64,000 nt of DNA from Eledone cirrhosa (lineage: Eukaryota), in assembly GCA_964016885.1 (NCBI GenBank), contig CAXHJY010001240.1:1-64000 (forward strand), in the 5' to 3' direction. The notes under the pieces were generated by a model. It did not search any database and was not told the origin of the DNA. It saw only the letters and a list, made by a program, of their open reading frames with translations. A program made the translations under genes and the position numbers. This document shows, in pieces, positions 41,867 to 56,000 of the stretch; the stretch's first letter is position 1; each line of letters begins with the position of its first letter.

Positions 41867-42533
41867 ATCATCGCCATTTTTATCACTGCTGGTATGGGTT
41901 TGAATGCAATCTTCCTGATTGCATGTTATGTTTGTCATGTTCCCCAATATTTTTCTCCTGTTTGTTTGTGTGTTGTCCCATTTTCTACTTGTTTCATTAC
42001 ATCTGATTAATCTCATAATCCAATGAAAAGCATTAAGCTTTCAATTCTCGAACTTTTAGTTTACTATTTCTCTCTCCTCTCATCAACATCATTGTCAATT
42101 AACATGTTTTCTCTGCTAACAAGGGTTTGCTTGGTTGTCACAGACCAAGTCCATATTTAATCTGAGCTACTAATCTTGCAAATAGGTTGGAGGCTCACTT
42201 CTGACTTTTTGTGTAGCAGGTTTTATAAGGCTTGTTGCCCTTCCTATCTATCATCAACATATCATCAACATCATCATTTCTTGCCAGGCTTCCATGCTGG
42301 CATGAGCTGGGCAGGATGGAGAATCTTGTCTTGCTTGTAGGTTCCATTTTTGCCATGGTTTCTATGGCTAGATACTCTTCCTAACACCAACCACTTGACA
42401 GAGTGTACTAGGTACTTTTATTGTGATGCCAGTATTACCATTTACAGAGTGATCTGGGGGCATTTTATTTTTGCACCAGCGTTACCACTTTATAAAGTGG
42501 ACTGGGTGCACTTTACCATGGCACATTTAAGAG

Positions 42534-43005
42534 CTAATAATTTTAAAAAATTAAAATTAAATAATTTTCTTAATTTTTTGCCCCCCACGATCATCTCAAG
42601 GAGGAAGAAGAGGAGGAGGGGGAGAAGGAGGAGGAGGAGAAGAATAAGAAGAAGAAGAAAAAGAAAAAGAAGAAGAAGAAGAAGAAGAAGAAGAAGAAGA
42701 AGAAGAAGAAGAAGAAGAACTAATAATTAAAAAAAATTAAAATTAAATAATTTTCTTAATTTTTTGCCCCCCACGATCATCTCAAGGAGGAAGAAGAGGA
42801 GGGGGGGGGAGAAGGAGGAGGAGGAGAAGAATAAGAAGAAGAAGAAAAAGAAAAAGAAGAAGAAGAAGAAGAAGAAGAAGAAGAAGAAGAAGAAGAAGAA
42901 GAAGAACTAATAATTAAAAAAAATTAAAATTAAATAATTTTCTTAATTTTTTGCCCCCCACGATTCTCTCAAGGAGGAGGAGGAGGAGGAGGAGAAGAAG
43001 AAGAA
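42534..43005. repeat. Tandem duplication, ~186-bp unit x2.5, containing (AGG)n/(AGA)n
   Basis: CTAATAATT..AAAAAATTAAAATTAAATAATTTTCTTAATTTTT.GCCCCCCACGAT starts at 42534, 42720 and 42907. Confidence 0.9.
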
Positions 43006-43868
43006 TATTGATATCACACATTGGTAATAATCTAGCATGAATTCCTGTCTAGATCAGTGGTTCTCAACTGGAGACCATATTTGGGGCTCCACACTCTAGA
43101 TGAAAACAAAAAAAAGTGTTACAAGAAAGTATAGAGCAGTGTTCTTAAACACAAGGACTTAAAAGGGACAAAAATGAGATGGGGGAGGGGCGTTGTTTCC
43201 ATCAGTTATAATGCTGATTGGCAGCTATTTATTGTTTTCATCAAAATAAATACACATATGATACTAAGTGGGATATGTGAATTAGTACAAAATGCAAGGA
43301 GACAGATTTTCGAATTTTCTTTAAAAGCCCATATATACATATATACATCTATATACATACATGGTGACAAATTATCAAGTTTTAGGGCGCGCCGGTATTG
43401 GGGCTGCGCCTCACAGACGAGACCGCAAAACCATTCCACCAGACAATGACCAGCAACACCCGCTGGCACAGCCCTTCATAAAAGGGCTGCTGACGTTCCG
43501 ATCTTGCAGAGGAATTTAGCAGTAAGGCGACCGGTGCGAAGAATTGTTTAGTATTTATTCTTCATACATTATCTAGCGATGCGGTTGGACAAGCACGCAC
43601 ACACACACGCACACACACACACACGCACGCAAGCACACACACACGCAAGCACACACACACGCGAACATATATTTATGTGTGAGTGTGGATGGAGTATTAA
43701 AGCAGATTTTGCGAAGTCAGTGTGTTTTTAGTTGTTTCTCCTCCTCTCTCTTTCATGTGTTTCTTGTATATAATATCAATTTTATATTTCATATGGTTTA
43801 TACAAATATTGAACATATATAAGAAAATAAAAACAGTTCTTACTACACAAAGTAGTTACATTGAATAT

Positions 43869-46800
43869 TCAAGTGTCTTTTGTGGTTATGCAAACGGAAA
43901 AGGAAGGGAAAGGCAAGGACTCTCGTGTTGCAGAAGAATGGGGAGGGTGGTGGGCTCTGGGCCTAGGGCACGGTGGTATTGGGGCTGCACCCCATGGACA
44001 AGACCTCAAAAGAATTTCCCATGGACAATGGCCAACGACACCAGCTGCAACAGTCACCCTACTTCGCGGGGCTCCTTCCTCAGATGGGTCGATCTTGTGG
44101 AGGAGCTCGGCAGTACAGGGTCCAAGTATGCCTGGGGTATCAACGGTGACCAGTGCGAAGAGGAAGCAGCTGGACAATCCCCAGTATTTGTTTATCTTTC
44201 TTTCCTTTGCATTGCGGGCCACAGTACTGGGGATTGTGCCTGAAGCGACTAAGTTGGGGGCGGAGAACGTGTCACAATACGTGGTGTCCCAGATGAGGGA
44301 TCTATCTCCTTTGGTAATTCCATTGGGGCACTTGCCATCTCCACAGTCAAGGCCTGCTGGCTTCAATTGTGATGGGAAGTCAGCTGCATCCAGACTCCTT
44401 TTCAATATGTTGTTGAGAGCGGCATGTCGGGGTAACTGGCCTGTGCTCTGGCAGCAAGAGAGTGAGTGTAGGCCGAACTTGTCAACGACCACCCTGCAAC
44501 GGCATTTATGTGGCTCACACACGCAGAGGCCAAGGTGTTGGACCACTCTGATGTGAGTGCACTCATCACCAAGAAGGGTACCGGTTGATGAAGAGGGCAG
44601 CGAATTGAGCCACGCACCACTGATTGGCTGTGAAGCGGAGCGGAGTCAAACGAGGCAGTGTTGGTTCAAGCGAGACTAGATCTGCCTGAAAGAAGACCTG
44701 CATATGATGACACCCTAGTTACGTTGGACATTTGTATAAAGAGGGAGAGAGGCCTTCGCCTGTCCAGTTGACCAGAACCTGTTCGAGCTCTGGGGCCATG
44801 GTAATTTTGGCCATCTTGCTGAGAACCTCGCTGATGAGGGTGCGACTGGAGGAGATTGGGGAAGGGTAGACCGGTAGAGCCAGATCCAAAGCTGATCGGA
44901 GGCCGGGGCCACCGAACCCCGCTGGGAACTTCACTTGTTGCCAGGTGCCGCTGTCAAAACTGACATTGCAGATGAATTCTGCACAGCGTCAGATGGTGGC
45001 GTCGAGTTCACCGGGAAGATCTGCGTGGGAATGACAAGGTGCACAGAAGGTGATAGCGTGAATAGAAATTTGGGGAGGGCGAAGCAGTTCCCCAAGAGGA
45101 ATCGCCCCGGGTGAGTGCAAATGAGATGCAACCTCTCTGCCATTCGGGACAAATTTGCATGCTTGGTCTCCAGGCATTCTCTGATGGCTTTTGAGAGGAT
45201 TGGAGAGCCGAGAATGCCTGCAGTGTCTTTGGGTGTTAGCCAAGCCCCAGACGGGACGGGATGGATGCTGAGTATGGCGTTATCGAATTCGGCCTCTCCG
45301 TAGCTAACGTTTCTCACTTCAGACTTAGATGAGCTGATCTCAGGTCTGAGGAGCTTTAGAGCTGGGATGATTTGCTGAAGGTCCTCAACTACTGTCTCAG
45401 CCAAGCCACCCAGGGTCGCGTCGTCCAGGTACCAAACGTTAAGGGGCAACCGAACTGAGCAGGCAACGTCGCCGACTGCCAATGCAAAGAGGAGCGGGCC
45501 GAGTATGTCTCCTTGCTGGACACCCGTGGCGGTAGTAATCCTATTGTCAGCGGCCTTGAGTGAACTGGGTCTTCCGTACGAGAGGTGAACGAGAGGGTAA
45601 ATGGAAGGGGCTCGTCTGAGACACGCCTCTAAGACGAGATCCCGCCTAACGCTGCTGAGGGCTTTTGTCATGTCCAGCTTCACAAGGAGGTGGGGTGACT
45701 TTCAAGCTATCTTGGCTGCAAGTCGTCGGAAGATGTTGCCCACCGCGATGGGGCAAGCGTCTCCATCATTCTTCCTCAGGGTGGTTAGACAGGCTGAAAA
45801 GAAAATATCGCGGGCATGGCTGGGCAAGTTGGCGCGGGGGAGACAGTTGGTGAGGGCTGTTAGCAACTGGAGCAATCGGGAACCTTCTTCTACAGCGTGA
45901 GACGAGATGATGTTTCTGTGGTGACCGGGACGCAAGTCGTCCACTCCGTCACTGCTGCTACCTTGGAAAGATCTAAGGGCAGCTACTACGTCCTCACTAG
46001 ACGCAGCAGGAAAAAGATTGCTGACCGAAGCTGGAATGTCCCTGGCGTCAGCTGGGGGGTCCGGATGTTTATGGCGAAGTGCTGATAAGACATAAGAGGC
46101 CAGCACACTTACCGCCGTCGAAACGTCGCCCTCAATTAGTTTGAGGTTGACTCGGTCCCGGAAACGTTTTATGCTGTCGGAAGTGGATTGCGGGCGTTGT
46201 GTTGGCTCTGGTGGGCAGCACGAGAGGGCCGAGAGACTCACAGATGAAGGATCGCAGAATGAGATGATATTGCTCTTGAGCCTCGAAGTCAGGATTCCTT
46301 ACCAACGCGATCCCGAGTACGAGGGTCGAAAAACTGAATAATCTGGTCCGATTTTGCGGGTCGCCCGAGTCAAGTGCTCGGTCGATTGAAGTCGTTAGCG
46401 CTTCGGCCACGGGAGTGCGAGCAGCTCTGGGGATCCTGGTGATGACTCTCTGTGACTGCCTGAGGTGGGAGATCACCACCAGAGCCTCATCCAAGTCCGG
46501 CAGGTTCGGGTCCCCGATGTGCCGGGCGTCCGTGACTACCTGTGGTGTCGAGACGGATAGGCATGACGGGTAGTGCCCCCGATACAAGGATTCCGAGAGG
46601 TGAAAGAAGCTGCTACAGTTAGAACAGTTCCTTCCTTTCTTGTGCCTGTTGCGCATGGTGCACAAGTGGCACTGATCGACCTCTCGTGGGGTGGAAGGTT
46701 GAGGAGAGGCGGGCATTTAATTGAGGAGTGTTGGAAATAGAGGCGGAACATTGAAAATGGCGAGAGTGTGGGTTGGTAGGAGTGAAGGAGAAGTAGAAGG

Positions 46801-46899
46801 GGGTGATGTGGGGTGAATGGGATGATTGGTGTGTGGAGGGATAGAGGGGAGAAGAATGGATGGAATGTGTGTAGATAAGGCATGCTCATTTGGTAGCAA
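43869..46899 (-). mobile_element. Degraded near-full-length CRE-type (RLE) non-LTR retrotransposon
   Basis: N-terminal Cys/His finger (CHLC...CSNC..FFHL); RT motifs PIAVGNIFRRL, GVQQGDILGPLLFAL and WYLDD; zinc knuckle C.C...D..GLH...C plus RHAALN; RLE-like IWDTTYCDT...KERKINKY. The reading frame is broken by several frameshifts. Confidence 0.88.
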
Positions 46900-47679
46900 A
46901 GTGAGAGTAAAAAACGTTACAATCCCCTATCTAGAAAACGTTTAAGACATTTGTATCACTCTGAAGTGAATGTTTCTTTAACTTCTCAACAACGATACTT
47001 CCAGTTTTGAAATAACATTAGTTTATTTACTTCAATATTTTCAAAGTGACAGTAAATTAACGCTACAATCCACTCCCAAAATAACGTTTAAGACATTTGT
47101 ATCACTTTGAAGTAAATGTTTACATGTAAGGCATAACCTATTAAGCCTATTAAGTTGCGTTAACGTGTTTGGATTTGGGAAATCTAACAGATTAGGGGTG
47201 TAATTCGCCTTCTTTAATCATATGTCCGAGGAAATATATTTTACATTGAGAAAACTTACACTTATCTAAATTCAACTTGATTCTAAGTTTGTAGATCACG
47301 TCGGGGTCACCACTTTAGGCGGGGTGGTCAGACATCCCGTCTAATTGGATATGGTATACTGGCACATAGTCAAACAAGGAAGAAGGAACATACCTCAATT
47401 TTATGTTATAGAAACATTTTTTAATAGGAGCAATTACAGAATATATTCAAATACATTAGTGCTCCTAGGTTGGGATATATTTTAGTCGTCATATAAAACC
47501 GCATGGTGTGATATCGTCTTTTGGATCACTGCGTGAGAAAACACGTCTATCGACTCCGTGTTATCATCATCCAAGAGCTATTGTTTCAGCTACTGACGTC
47601 AGAACTAAGGGCAGTTAATCGACTGCCTTCACAGTCGACGCTAGATGGCGTGATCTTCTACAAGTTCTGTCTTGAGTCA

Positions 47680-48270
47680 ACAGACAACGATATCATCGAT
47701 ATAAGCGTAAATACCTTCTAATTTACGTGAAGCAATAACATTATCTATTGTTCGCTGTAATATAGACACCGCGTTTATGCACCCGAACGGTAGACATGGG
47801 AATTCGCAAAGTTTTCCAAATACAGTTAGGGAATAATCAGATGATAGGAGAGATCTAATGGTAGGCGTTTTTCATGTCAATTATCGAGAATACGCGATGC
47901 CTCGCTACATTATGGAGGATGTCTTTGATTGAGCTGTGCAGGTTCGGGTCCCCGATGTGCTGGGCGTACGTGACTACCTGTGGTGTCGTGGTGGGTAGGT
48001 CTTAATGGAGTCCTCGTGTCGTCGATTATTTCTTGACGATGTGGAAATTGGTTTGAAGTTCTCAACGTCCACTCTTGGCATGAGACGCAGTGGTTCCATA
48101 TTAAGTGTTTTAAGACTAAGACAGTACGACATAAGCGGTAAGGTACCGCCAAATTGTAGGAAAACTGGAGCGTAGCGAGAAAGGAGGTCACATCCAAGTA
48201 TTAAAGGTGCAACTAGAGAGCATATAACATAGACTTTAGTATTAGAGTAGGAATTATCGTTAGTTGTCAT
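47680..48270 (-). mobile_element. Gypsy/Ty3 pol remnant (end of protease plus RT)
   Basis: LVAPLILGCDLL...FGG...KPISTSSR, then RVFSIIDMKNAYH*I, GKLCEFPCLPFGCINAVS and AYIDDIVV. Confidence 0.85.
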
Positions 48271-48299
48271 TCCCGCATTAACATGTCATTCCTTTTGTT

Positions 48300-48600
48300 G
48301 ATTTTTTGGTCCTGATCGAAGTTTTACTCATCAGAAAAAAAGCCAATGCATTTCAAGCTTTTGATGTTTCAACTTGCTCAACAAGCACTTTGTGAGAATC
48401 AGACTGTTATCTTTTGTCTTTGTAAACATGAATCGATCCCCTCGCATCACATATGACTTGCAGCGAAGGTCCTCAAGCACAATTTTTCTGATAGTGTGCC
48501 TTGAAACCTTAAGCTCCTTAACAATAGCGCTAATTGGGGTTCTTATCGATATTTTGCTGCACCTTTCGTACAAATTTCGGTGTTCTGGTATAAAAAAAGT
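48300..48600 (-). mobile_element. Tc1/mariner superfamily (maT/DD37D-like) transposase fragment
   Basis: IVKELKVSRHTIRKIVLEDLRCKSYVMR...LLSKLKH...WLFF, followed by a shifted SDE.NFDQDQK. Confidence 0.75.
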
Positions 48601-50689
48601 GTCAAATGCTTGAAGTGGAAGATCTAGGAAAACGGGGGACGAGGTTGTAAAGAATTACATCAATAAACTGAACCTAACAAAGATGATGACACAGGACAGA
48701 GCTGATTGATGATATTCCATAATATAAAAGACATGCCCACCAGTACAAGTAGTGAGACAATAAAAGTAAGCATGGTGAGCGATCGCAGGTTACAATGTTT
48801 GACAATCGAATGGAAACAGTATAGTGTTTAAGGGAATGCTTTAGTCTGGCAGAGCATGTTACGACCTCTTTAGTTCTAGTGACACGATAAATGCACTCAG
48901 TACATCTTGTAAAATGTTCGTGTTGGTGCATTTATATATTATACCTAGTCAACTGTGTAAAGTGGTTATGCACCCAGTAAACACTTTTAAGTGGTTATGT
49001 TAGGAAGGGTATCCAGCCATAAAAATCATGCCCAATATGTCTGGTCTCGGACTGCGACAATCTGTCCAACACATGCCAGTGTGGAAAGTGGACGTAAAAT
49101 GAGGGTGGTTAGATATTTTAAATTTAATACCTGATGGTATAACTTTTCAATTCCAATTTCTTGCGCCAAGCCAACTTAGATATGTAAAATTAGGGGTTTG
49201 TTGTGTATTCTAATTTTTTTTCGTAACAGGGGGCCACCAAAAACCTGAAGTGCTCCGATCACCCCAAGATCTAAATCCGGCCCTGGTGACAACCGAAGCA
49301 AACCATACAATATTACGTTTAAACTAAACACAAAATCGTACAAGCCCTTTAAAAACACTTATACCATCCTGTTATACATCCCTATACAAACGTTATAACT
49401 ATACAGACCTCTGGCGTTCTGGGTCCCCGAACCACCCCTCAATTCGTTGCTATTAGGACGGAGTTGGCCGTCCCTAGGAGTGAGTTGGCATGGATGTTTC
49501 AGCGCGTATCCTTCGCTATCCTCCGAGATAACGTTTTCTCTATTGTGTCCGCTGGGGTTGTGCTCATTGGAGAGACAGAGCAGACGAACAGGAGCTGGGG
49601 TGGAAATCTTCCATTGACTAGTTCGTACTGTTACCGTTGGTCCCTACATCTAAGCAAAATTTGGTTTGTTCTGTCTTTACATATATTCTCTAAAGGCAGA
49701 TATTTGAACTCTGTTTTGTTGTTGTTGTTGTTGTTGTTGTCCCGACAAGACAAACACATTTTCAGAAACGGCTATGAAATTAATAATTATTTCTACTTTT
49801 GGCACAATGCCAGCAATTATCCAGTGTATTACTGGTACTTTATTTTATCGACCCCGTAAGGATGAAAGGCAAAGTTAACCTCGGCGGGATTTGAACTCAG
49901 ACCATAAAGGGCTGTAACTCTTTGCTGCAAAGCATGGCGTCCGACCCTCTACCGATACTGCCAATCCACCGCGAATTAATAATTGTTTCTACTTTTGGCA
50001 CAAGGCCTGCAAATACCCAGTGCATTACTGGTACTTTATTTTATCGACCCCGTAAGGATGAAAGGCAAAGTTAACCTCGGCGGGATTTGAACTCAGACCG
50101 TAAACGGATGTAACTATGCTGGAAAGCATGGCGTCCGACCCTAATAAAGACTTGCCATCCTCCATCATTGGACGAAGGTGGAATTATTACAAATAGAGTG
50201 AATAACAATAACATTGGAGTAAGCAGTAAAATGACAAAACAAACAAACAAACAAAACAACAAAAACATTAATAACACTAGACAACGAAGAAATCTTTACG
50301 CGCTTGCTCGACATGCAAGAGTTAGCAATCAAATCTTCAAATCACACCGTCATTTAAAAAAAATACCTCGTAATCCCACAAGGAACAACAGTTACGACTG
50401 TAAGGCATAGTCGAAGTCTTCTGGATTAGGGGTAACCTGTATTTAACCCTTAAGCATTTAAACCGACCATATCCGACCAGAATCCTCTCACCTCTTTCTG
50501 TTCAAACCGGCTGTAACTGGCTACTCATACTGATGTTAGGTATTGTTCTCAAAATAAATAACCTCAAAATCTCATAGATTCGATATTATGTGAGATAATT
50601 ATGTAAGATAAAGCCTTTACCACAAAAATACAATAGTATATATAGAGAGTAATGTAAATGCTAAAGGGTTAAACAACAATCAATAAAAA

Positions 50690-50970
50690 AGGCAACAACT
50701 TTGTCACTTTGGACACAGCGCCAGGCACTGCTGCTCGTAACGCAGAGGAGTAAAAGATATCCAAATACCAGGACTTAATCGACCGCTTCTTTTTCGTTCC
50801 AATCACCATCGAGACTCCCGGTGTCCTCGGTTTCCGGGCTGACGTTTTCTTCCGTAAAATTGGAAAGAGTTGCATCACACCTGGAGAAGGAGGTGGGGTG
50901 GCTGATGTAGCGGGTGTCACTGGCTGTTCTCCGCGACAATGTTTTCGCCATCTTGTCCGCGGGGTGCAGC
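50690..50970 (+). mobile_element. CRE-type RLE 3' fragment (others at about 49398-49555 + and 43380-43590 -)
   Basis: APGTAARNAEE*KISKYQDLIDRFFFVPITIETPGVLG. Confidence 0.7.
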
Positions 50971-51363
50971 TGGGATATACCACTTACACTGGAGTGCAAT
51001 GTCTGCTCCTTTCCCCTTTTTTCAGCATTTAACATTTTTCCTTCGTGTTTATTATGCGAAATATTTATATATCCACCAATGTAAGTTTTATATGTCTGTT
51101 CGTCATCGTTGGAACACATGGGGAGGGGATAGAAGAAGAAGAAGAAGAAGAAGAAGAAGAAGAAGAAGAAGAAGAAGAAGAAGAAGAAGAAGAAGAAGAA
51201 ACGAACGCGAATTTATACTTCTAAAATGTTCACGGAGGGGCTTTGTGTGCATGTAAGTGTGCGTCAGTGAATATACGTGTGTGTGTGTATTACTGTGATA
51301 TTTCTTTGGCGTTCCACAAGAGTCTAGAATGCATTTAAAATACATTAAGAAATTTATATTTTA

Positions 51364-52432
51364 CTAGCCGAATTACCCGCGCCTTGCTGCGTTTCACACA
51401 TTTTTTTTTTGTAATGATTGATTTTAAATCAGTGATATAATTCATGGAGAAAAACTCTGCATTTCAATATTACTCAATGTAAAATGTAATGCATGAAAAA
51501 TTAGAAAACATTATTTTTTGTAATATAAGGGCGGTGGATTGGCAGTATCTGTAGAGAGTCGGACGCCATGCTTTGCAGCACAGTTACGTCCCTTTACGGA
51601 CTGAGTTCAAATCCCGCCAAGGTTAACTTTGCCTTTCATCCTTACCGGGGCGATAAAATAAAGTACCAGTAATACACTGTGATAATTGCTGGCCTTGTGC
51701 CAAAAGTTGAAACAATTATTTTTTGTAATATATCAAAATTACATTATTAAATCTTATTCTTAGATGGCGTGGATTAGCAGTATCGGTAGAGGGTCGGACG
51801 CCATGCTTTCCAGCATAGTTACGTCCCTTTACGATCTGAGTTCAAATCCCGCCGAGGTTGACTTTGCCTTTCATCCTTACGGGGTCGATAAAATAAAGTA
51901 CTAGTAATGCACTGGGTAATTGCTGGCCTTGTGCCTAAAAGTAGAAACAATTATTAAATCTTATTCTTATTTTGTTTCCTGTAAATAAATTTTTTAAAAA
52001 TATCAATTCAAAACTTTTGTGAATAGGCATCATATCTTATCATTTACCTATGGTTTAAATTTCATATAAATCGAAAGGAAAAAAATTTCAGCGGGGGTTT
52101 GTGTCTCCGGGGAACCCGAATAGGGGGTTTATCCCTCATTAGGGTGTCTTAATATTATTGAAATTTGCTGAAATGTTGTGAATAGGCATCATATCTTATC
52201 ATTTACCTATGGTTTAAATTTCATATAAATCGAAGGGAAAACATTTTCAGCGGGCATTTTGTGCCTCCGGGAACCCTTTGATTAAAATGAAATATACTTA
52301 TCCAAGTACCCTGGGCAATGTAGTTTCAGAATATATATGGTTATGGGGGTCTATCTCCAAAACCATAGGAGTAGTTTGTGAACAAACAAACAAACAAACA
52401 AACAGACAGGAATACAACTTTATATATATAGA
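51364..52432 (-). mobile_element. Non-autonomous Helitron carrying two nested SINEs
   Basis: 5' A|TCTATATATATAAAGTTG, 3' CGCAGCAAGGCGCGGG...CTAG|T. Internal direct duplication at about 52019-52115 and 52180-52275. Confidence 0.8.
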
Positions 52433-53069
52433 TTTTCCAAAGCTAACAGCTGTAACAGTGAGAGAGCAGCATAGGAAAGGTCTATAAATGAGAGGAAAAG
52501 GAGGAGAAGACAAGGAAAAATACTAGACAAACGAAGAAAGGGGAGAAGGGGAGAGGGTGTATCTTAAAATATAAAAGCACAATATTGTTAAAATCAAAGT
52601 ATCAGTTGACGTTTATCCACATTGCATTAGCTTATATATAGTCGGGTTACATCAGTCTTAGAAAGTTAAGCAAAGTTAGGTGATACTAAGTACAATACAC
52701 GCATTTTACCACGAAGAGACACATAGCTATTTGATGTTATCAAAGTGAGGTGATACTAATAAGCACAATAACACACTGAGTTCTAATGATCCTAGCCTTC
52801 CGTCTACAATGATATTTTAAATGACGTAAGCTTCGGCATTGATTTAGATCTTCACGTAACATTCACTAATTTTTCATTTAATCCCCATTTTAGCTTTCAA
52901 AAAGATGTCAAAGAGAAAAATGTTCTTACTGTTCACAAGTTTTTCAGACAATGCCAACAAGGCAAGAAAGGAGGGAGAACCTGGAGAGGAGAGAGCAGAG
53001 GAAATAGAACCAAATAAAAGATCATATTTTAGTGATGATCTTCCAAAAGCTAATTCAAACCAAGAACAG

Positions 53070-56000
53070 TGCAGCAAAGGTACAGGTAGCCAGAACAAGG
53101 GCACTAGAGCCACCTACAGCAAAGGTACAGGTAGTCAGAACAAGGGCACTAGAGCCACCTACAGCAAAGGTACAGGTAGCCAGAACAAGGGCACTAGAGC
53201 CACCTACAGCAAAGGTACAGGTAGCCAGAACAAGGCCACTAGAGCCACCTACAGCAAAGGTACAGGTAGTCAGAACAAGGGCACTAGAGCCACCTACAGC
53301 AAAGGTACAGGTAGTCAGAACAAGGGCACTAGAGCCACCTACAGCAAAGGTACAGGTAGTCAGAACAAGGGCACTAGAGCCACCTACAGCAAAGGTATAG
53401 GTAGTCAGAACAAGGGCACTAGAGCCACCTACAGCAAAGGTACAGGTAGCCAGAACAAGGCCACTAGAGCCACCTACAGCAAAGGTACAGGTAGTCAGAA
53501 CAAGGGCACTAGAGCCACCTACAGCAAAGGTACAGGTAGTCAGAACAAGGGCACTAGAGCCACCTACAGCAAAGGTACAGGTAGCCAGAACAAGGGCACT
53601 AGAGCCACCTACAGCAAAGGTACAGGTAGCCAGAACAAGGGCACTAGAGCCACCTACAGCAAAGGTACAGGTAGCCAGAACAAGGGCACTAGAGCCACCT
53701 ACAGCAAAGGTACAGGTAGCCAGAACAAGGGCACTAGAGCCACCTACAGCAAAGGTACAGGTAGCCAGAACAAGGGCACTAGAGCCACCTACAGCAAAGG
53801 TACAGGTAGCCAGAACAAGGGCACTAGAGCTACCTACAGCAAAGGTACAGGTAGCCAGAACAAGGGCACTAGAGCCACCTACAGCAAAGGTACAGGTAGC
53901 CAGAACAAGGGCACTAGAGCCACCTACAGCAAAGGTACAGGTAGCCAGAACAAGGGCACTAGAGCCACCTACAGCAAAGGTACAGGTAGCCAGAACAAGG
54001 GCACTAGAGCCACCTACAGCAAAGGTACAGGTAGCCAGAACAAGGGCACTAGAGCCACCTACAGCAAAGGTACAGGTAGTCAGAACAAGGGCACTAGAGC
54101 CACCTACAGCAAAGGTACAGGTAGTCAGAACAAGGGCACTAGAGCCACCTACAGCAAAGGTACAGGTAGCCAGAACAAGGGCACTAGAGCCACCTACAGC
54201 AAAGGTACAGGTAGCCAGAACAAGGGCACTAGAGCCACCTACAGCAAAGGTACAGGTAGCCAGAACAAGGGCACTAGAGCCACCTACAGCAAAGGTACAG
54301 GTAGTCAGAACAAGGGCACTAGAGCCACCTACAGCAAAGGTACAGGTAGTCAGAACAAGGGCACTAGAGCCACCTACAGCAAAGGTACAGGTAGCCAGAA
54401 CAAGGGCACTAGAGCCACCTACAGCAAAGGTACAGGTAGCCAGAACAAGGGCACTAGAGCCACCTGCAGCAAAGGTACAGGTAGTCAGAACAAGGGCACT
54501 AGAGCCACCTACAGCAAAGGTACAGGTAGCCAGAACAAGGGCACTAGAGCCACCTACAGCAAAGGTATAGGTAGTCAGAACAAGGGCACTAGAGCCACCT
54601 ACAGCAAAGGTACAGGTAGCCAGAACAAGGGCACTAGAGCCACCTACAGCAAAGGTACAGGTAGTCAGAACAAGGGCACTAGAGCCACCTACAGCAAAGG
54701 TACAGGTAGCCAGAACAAGGGCACTAGAGCCACCTACAGCAAAGGTACAGGTAGTCAGAACAAGGGCACTAGAGCCACCTACAGCAAAGGTACAGGTAGC
54801 CAGAACAAGGGCACTAGAGCCACCTACAGCAAAGGTACAGGTAGTCAGAACAAGGGCACTAGAGCCACCTACAGCAAAGGTACAGGTAGTCAGAACAAGG
54901 GCACTAGAGCCACCTACAGCAAAGGTACAGGTAGCCAGAACAAGGGCACTAGAGCCACCTACAGCAAAGGTACAGGTAGCCAGAACAAGGGCACTAGAGC
55001 CACCTACAGCAAAGGTATAGGTAGTCAGAACAAGGGCACTAGAGCCACCTACAGCAAAGGTACAGGTAGTCAGAACAAGGGCACTAGAGCCACCTACAGC
55101 AAAGGTACAGGTAGTCAGAACAAGGGCACTAGAGCCACCTACAGCAAAGGTACAGGTAGCCAGAACAAGGGCACTAGAGCCACCTACAGCAAAGGTACAG
55201 GTAGCCAGAACAAGGGCACTAGAGCCACCTGCAGCAAAGGTACAGGTAGTCAGAACAAGGGCACTAGAGCCACCTACAGCAAAGGTACAGGTAGCCAGAA
55301 CAAGGGCACTAGAGCCACCTACAGCAAAGGTATAGGTAGTCAGAACAAGGGCACTAGAGCCACCTACAGCAAAGGTACAGGTAGCCAGAACAAGGGCACT
55401 AGAGCCACCTACAGCAAAGGTACAGGTAGTCAGAACAAGGGCACTAGAGCCACCTACAGCAAAGGTACAGGTAGCCAGAACAAGGGCACTAGAGCCACCT
55501 ACAGCAAAGGTACAGGTAGTCAGAACAAGGGCACTAGAGCCACCTACAGCAAAGGTACAGGTAGCCAGAACAAGGGCACTAGAGCCACCTACAGCAAAGG
55601 TACAGGTAGTCAGAACAAGGGCACTAGAGCCACCTACAGCAAAGGTACAGGTAGTCAGAACAAGGGCACTAGAGCCACCTACAGCAAAGGTACAGGTAGC
55701 CAGAACAAGGGCACTAGAGCCACCTACAGCAAAGGTACAGGTAGCCAGAACAAGGGCACTAGAGCCACCTACAGCAAAGGTATAGGTAGTCAGAACAAGG
55801 GCACTAGAGCCACCTACAGCAAAGGTACAGGTAGTCAGAACAAGGGCACTAGAGCCACCTACAGCAAAGGTATAGGTAGTCAGAACAAGGGCACTAGAGC
55901 CACCTGCAGCAAAGGTACAGGTAGCCAGAACAAGGGCACTAGAGCCACCTGCAGCAAAGGTACAGGTAGCCAGAACAAGGGCACTAGAGCCACCTGCAGC

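Noticed and set aside
42350-42730. Arg-rich protamine-like ORF (also 50939-51256)
   Set aside because: Translation of (AGA)n/(AGG)n microsatellite.
47260-47601. Candidate ZCCHC24 first exon or promoter (minus-strand donors at 47259 and 47393, TGACGTCA at 47594-47601)
   Set aside because: Phase-0 frames hit stops within a few codons of both donors, and a single 8-mer is insufficient evidence for a promoter.
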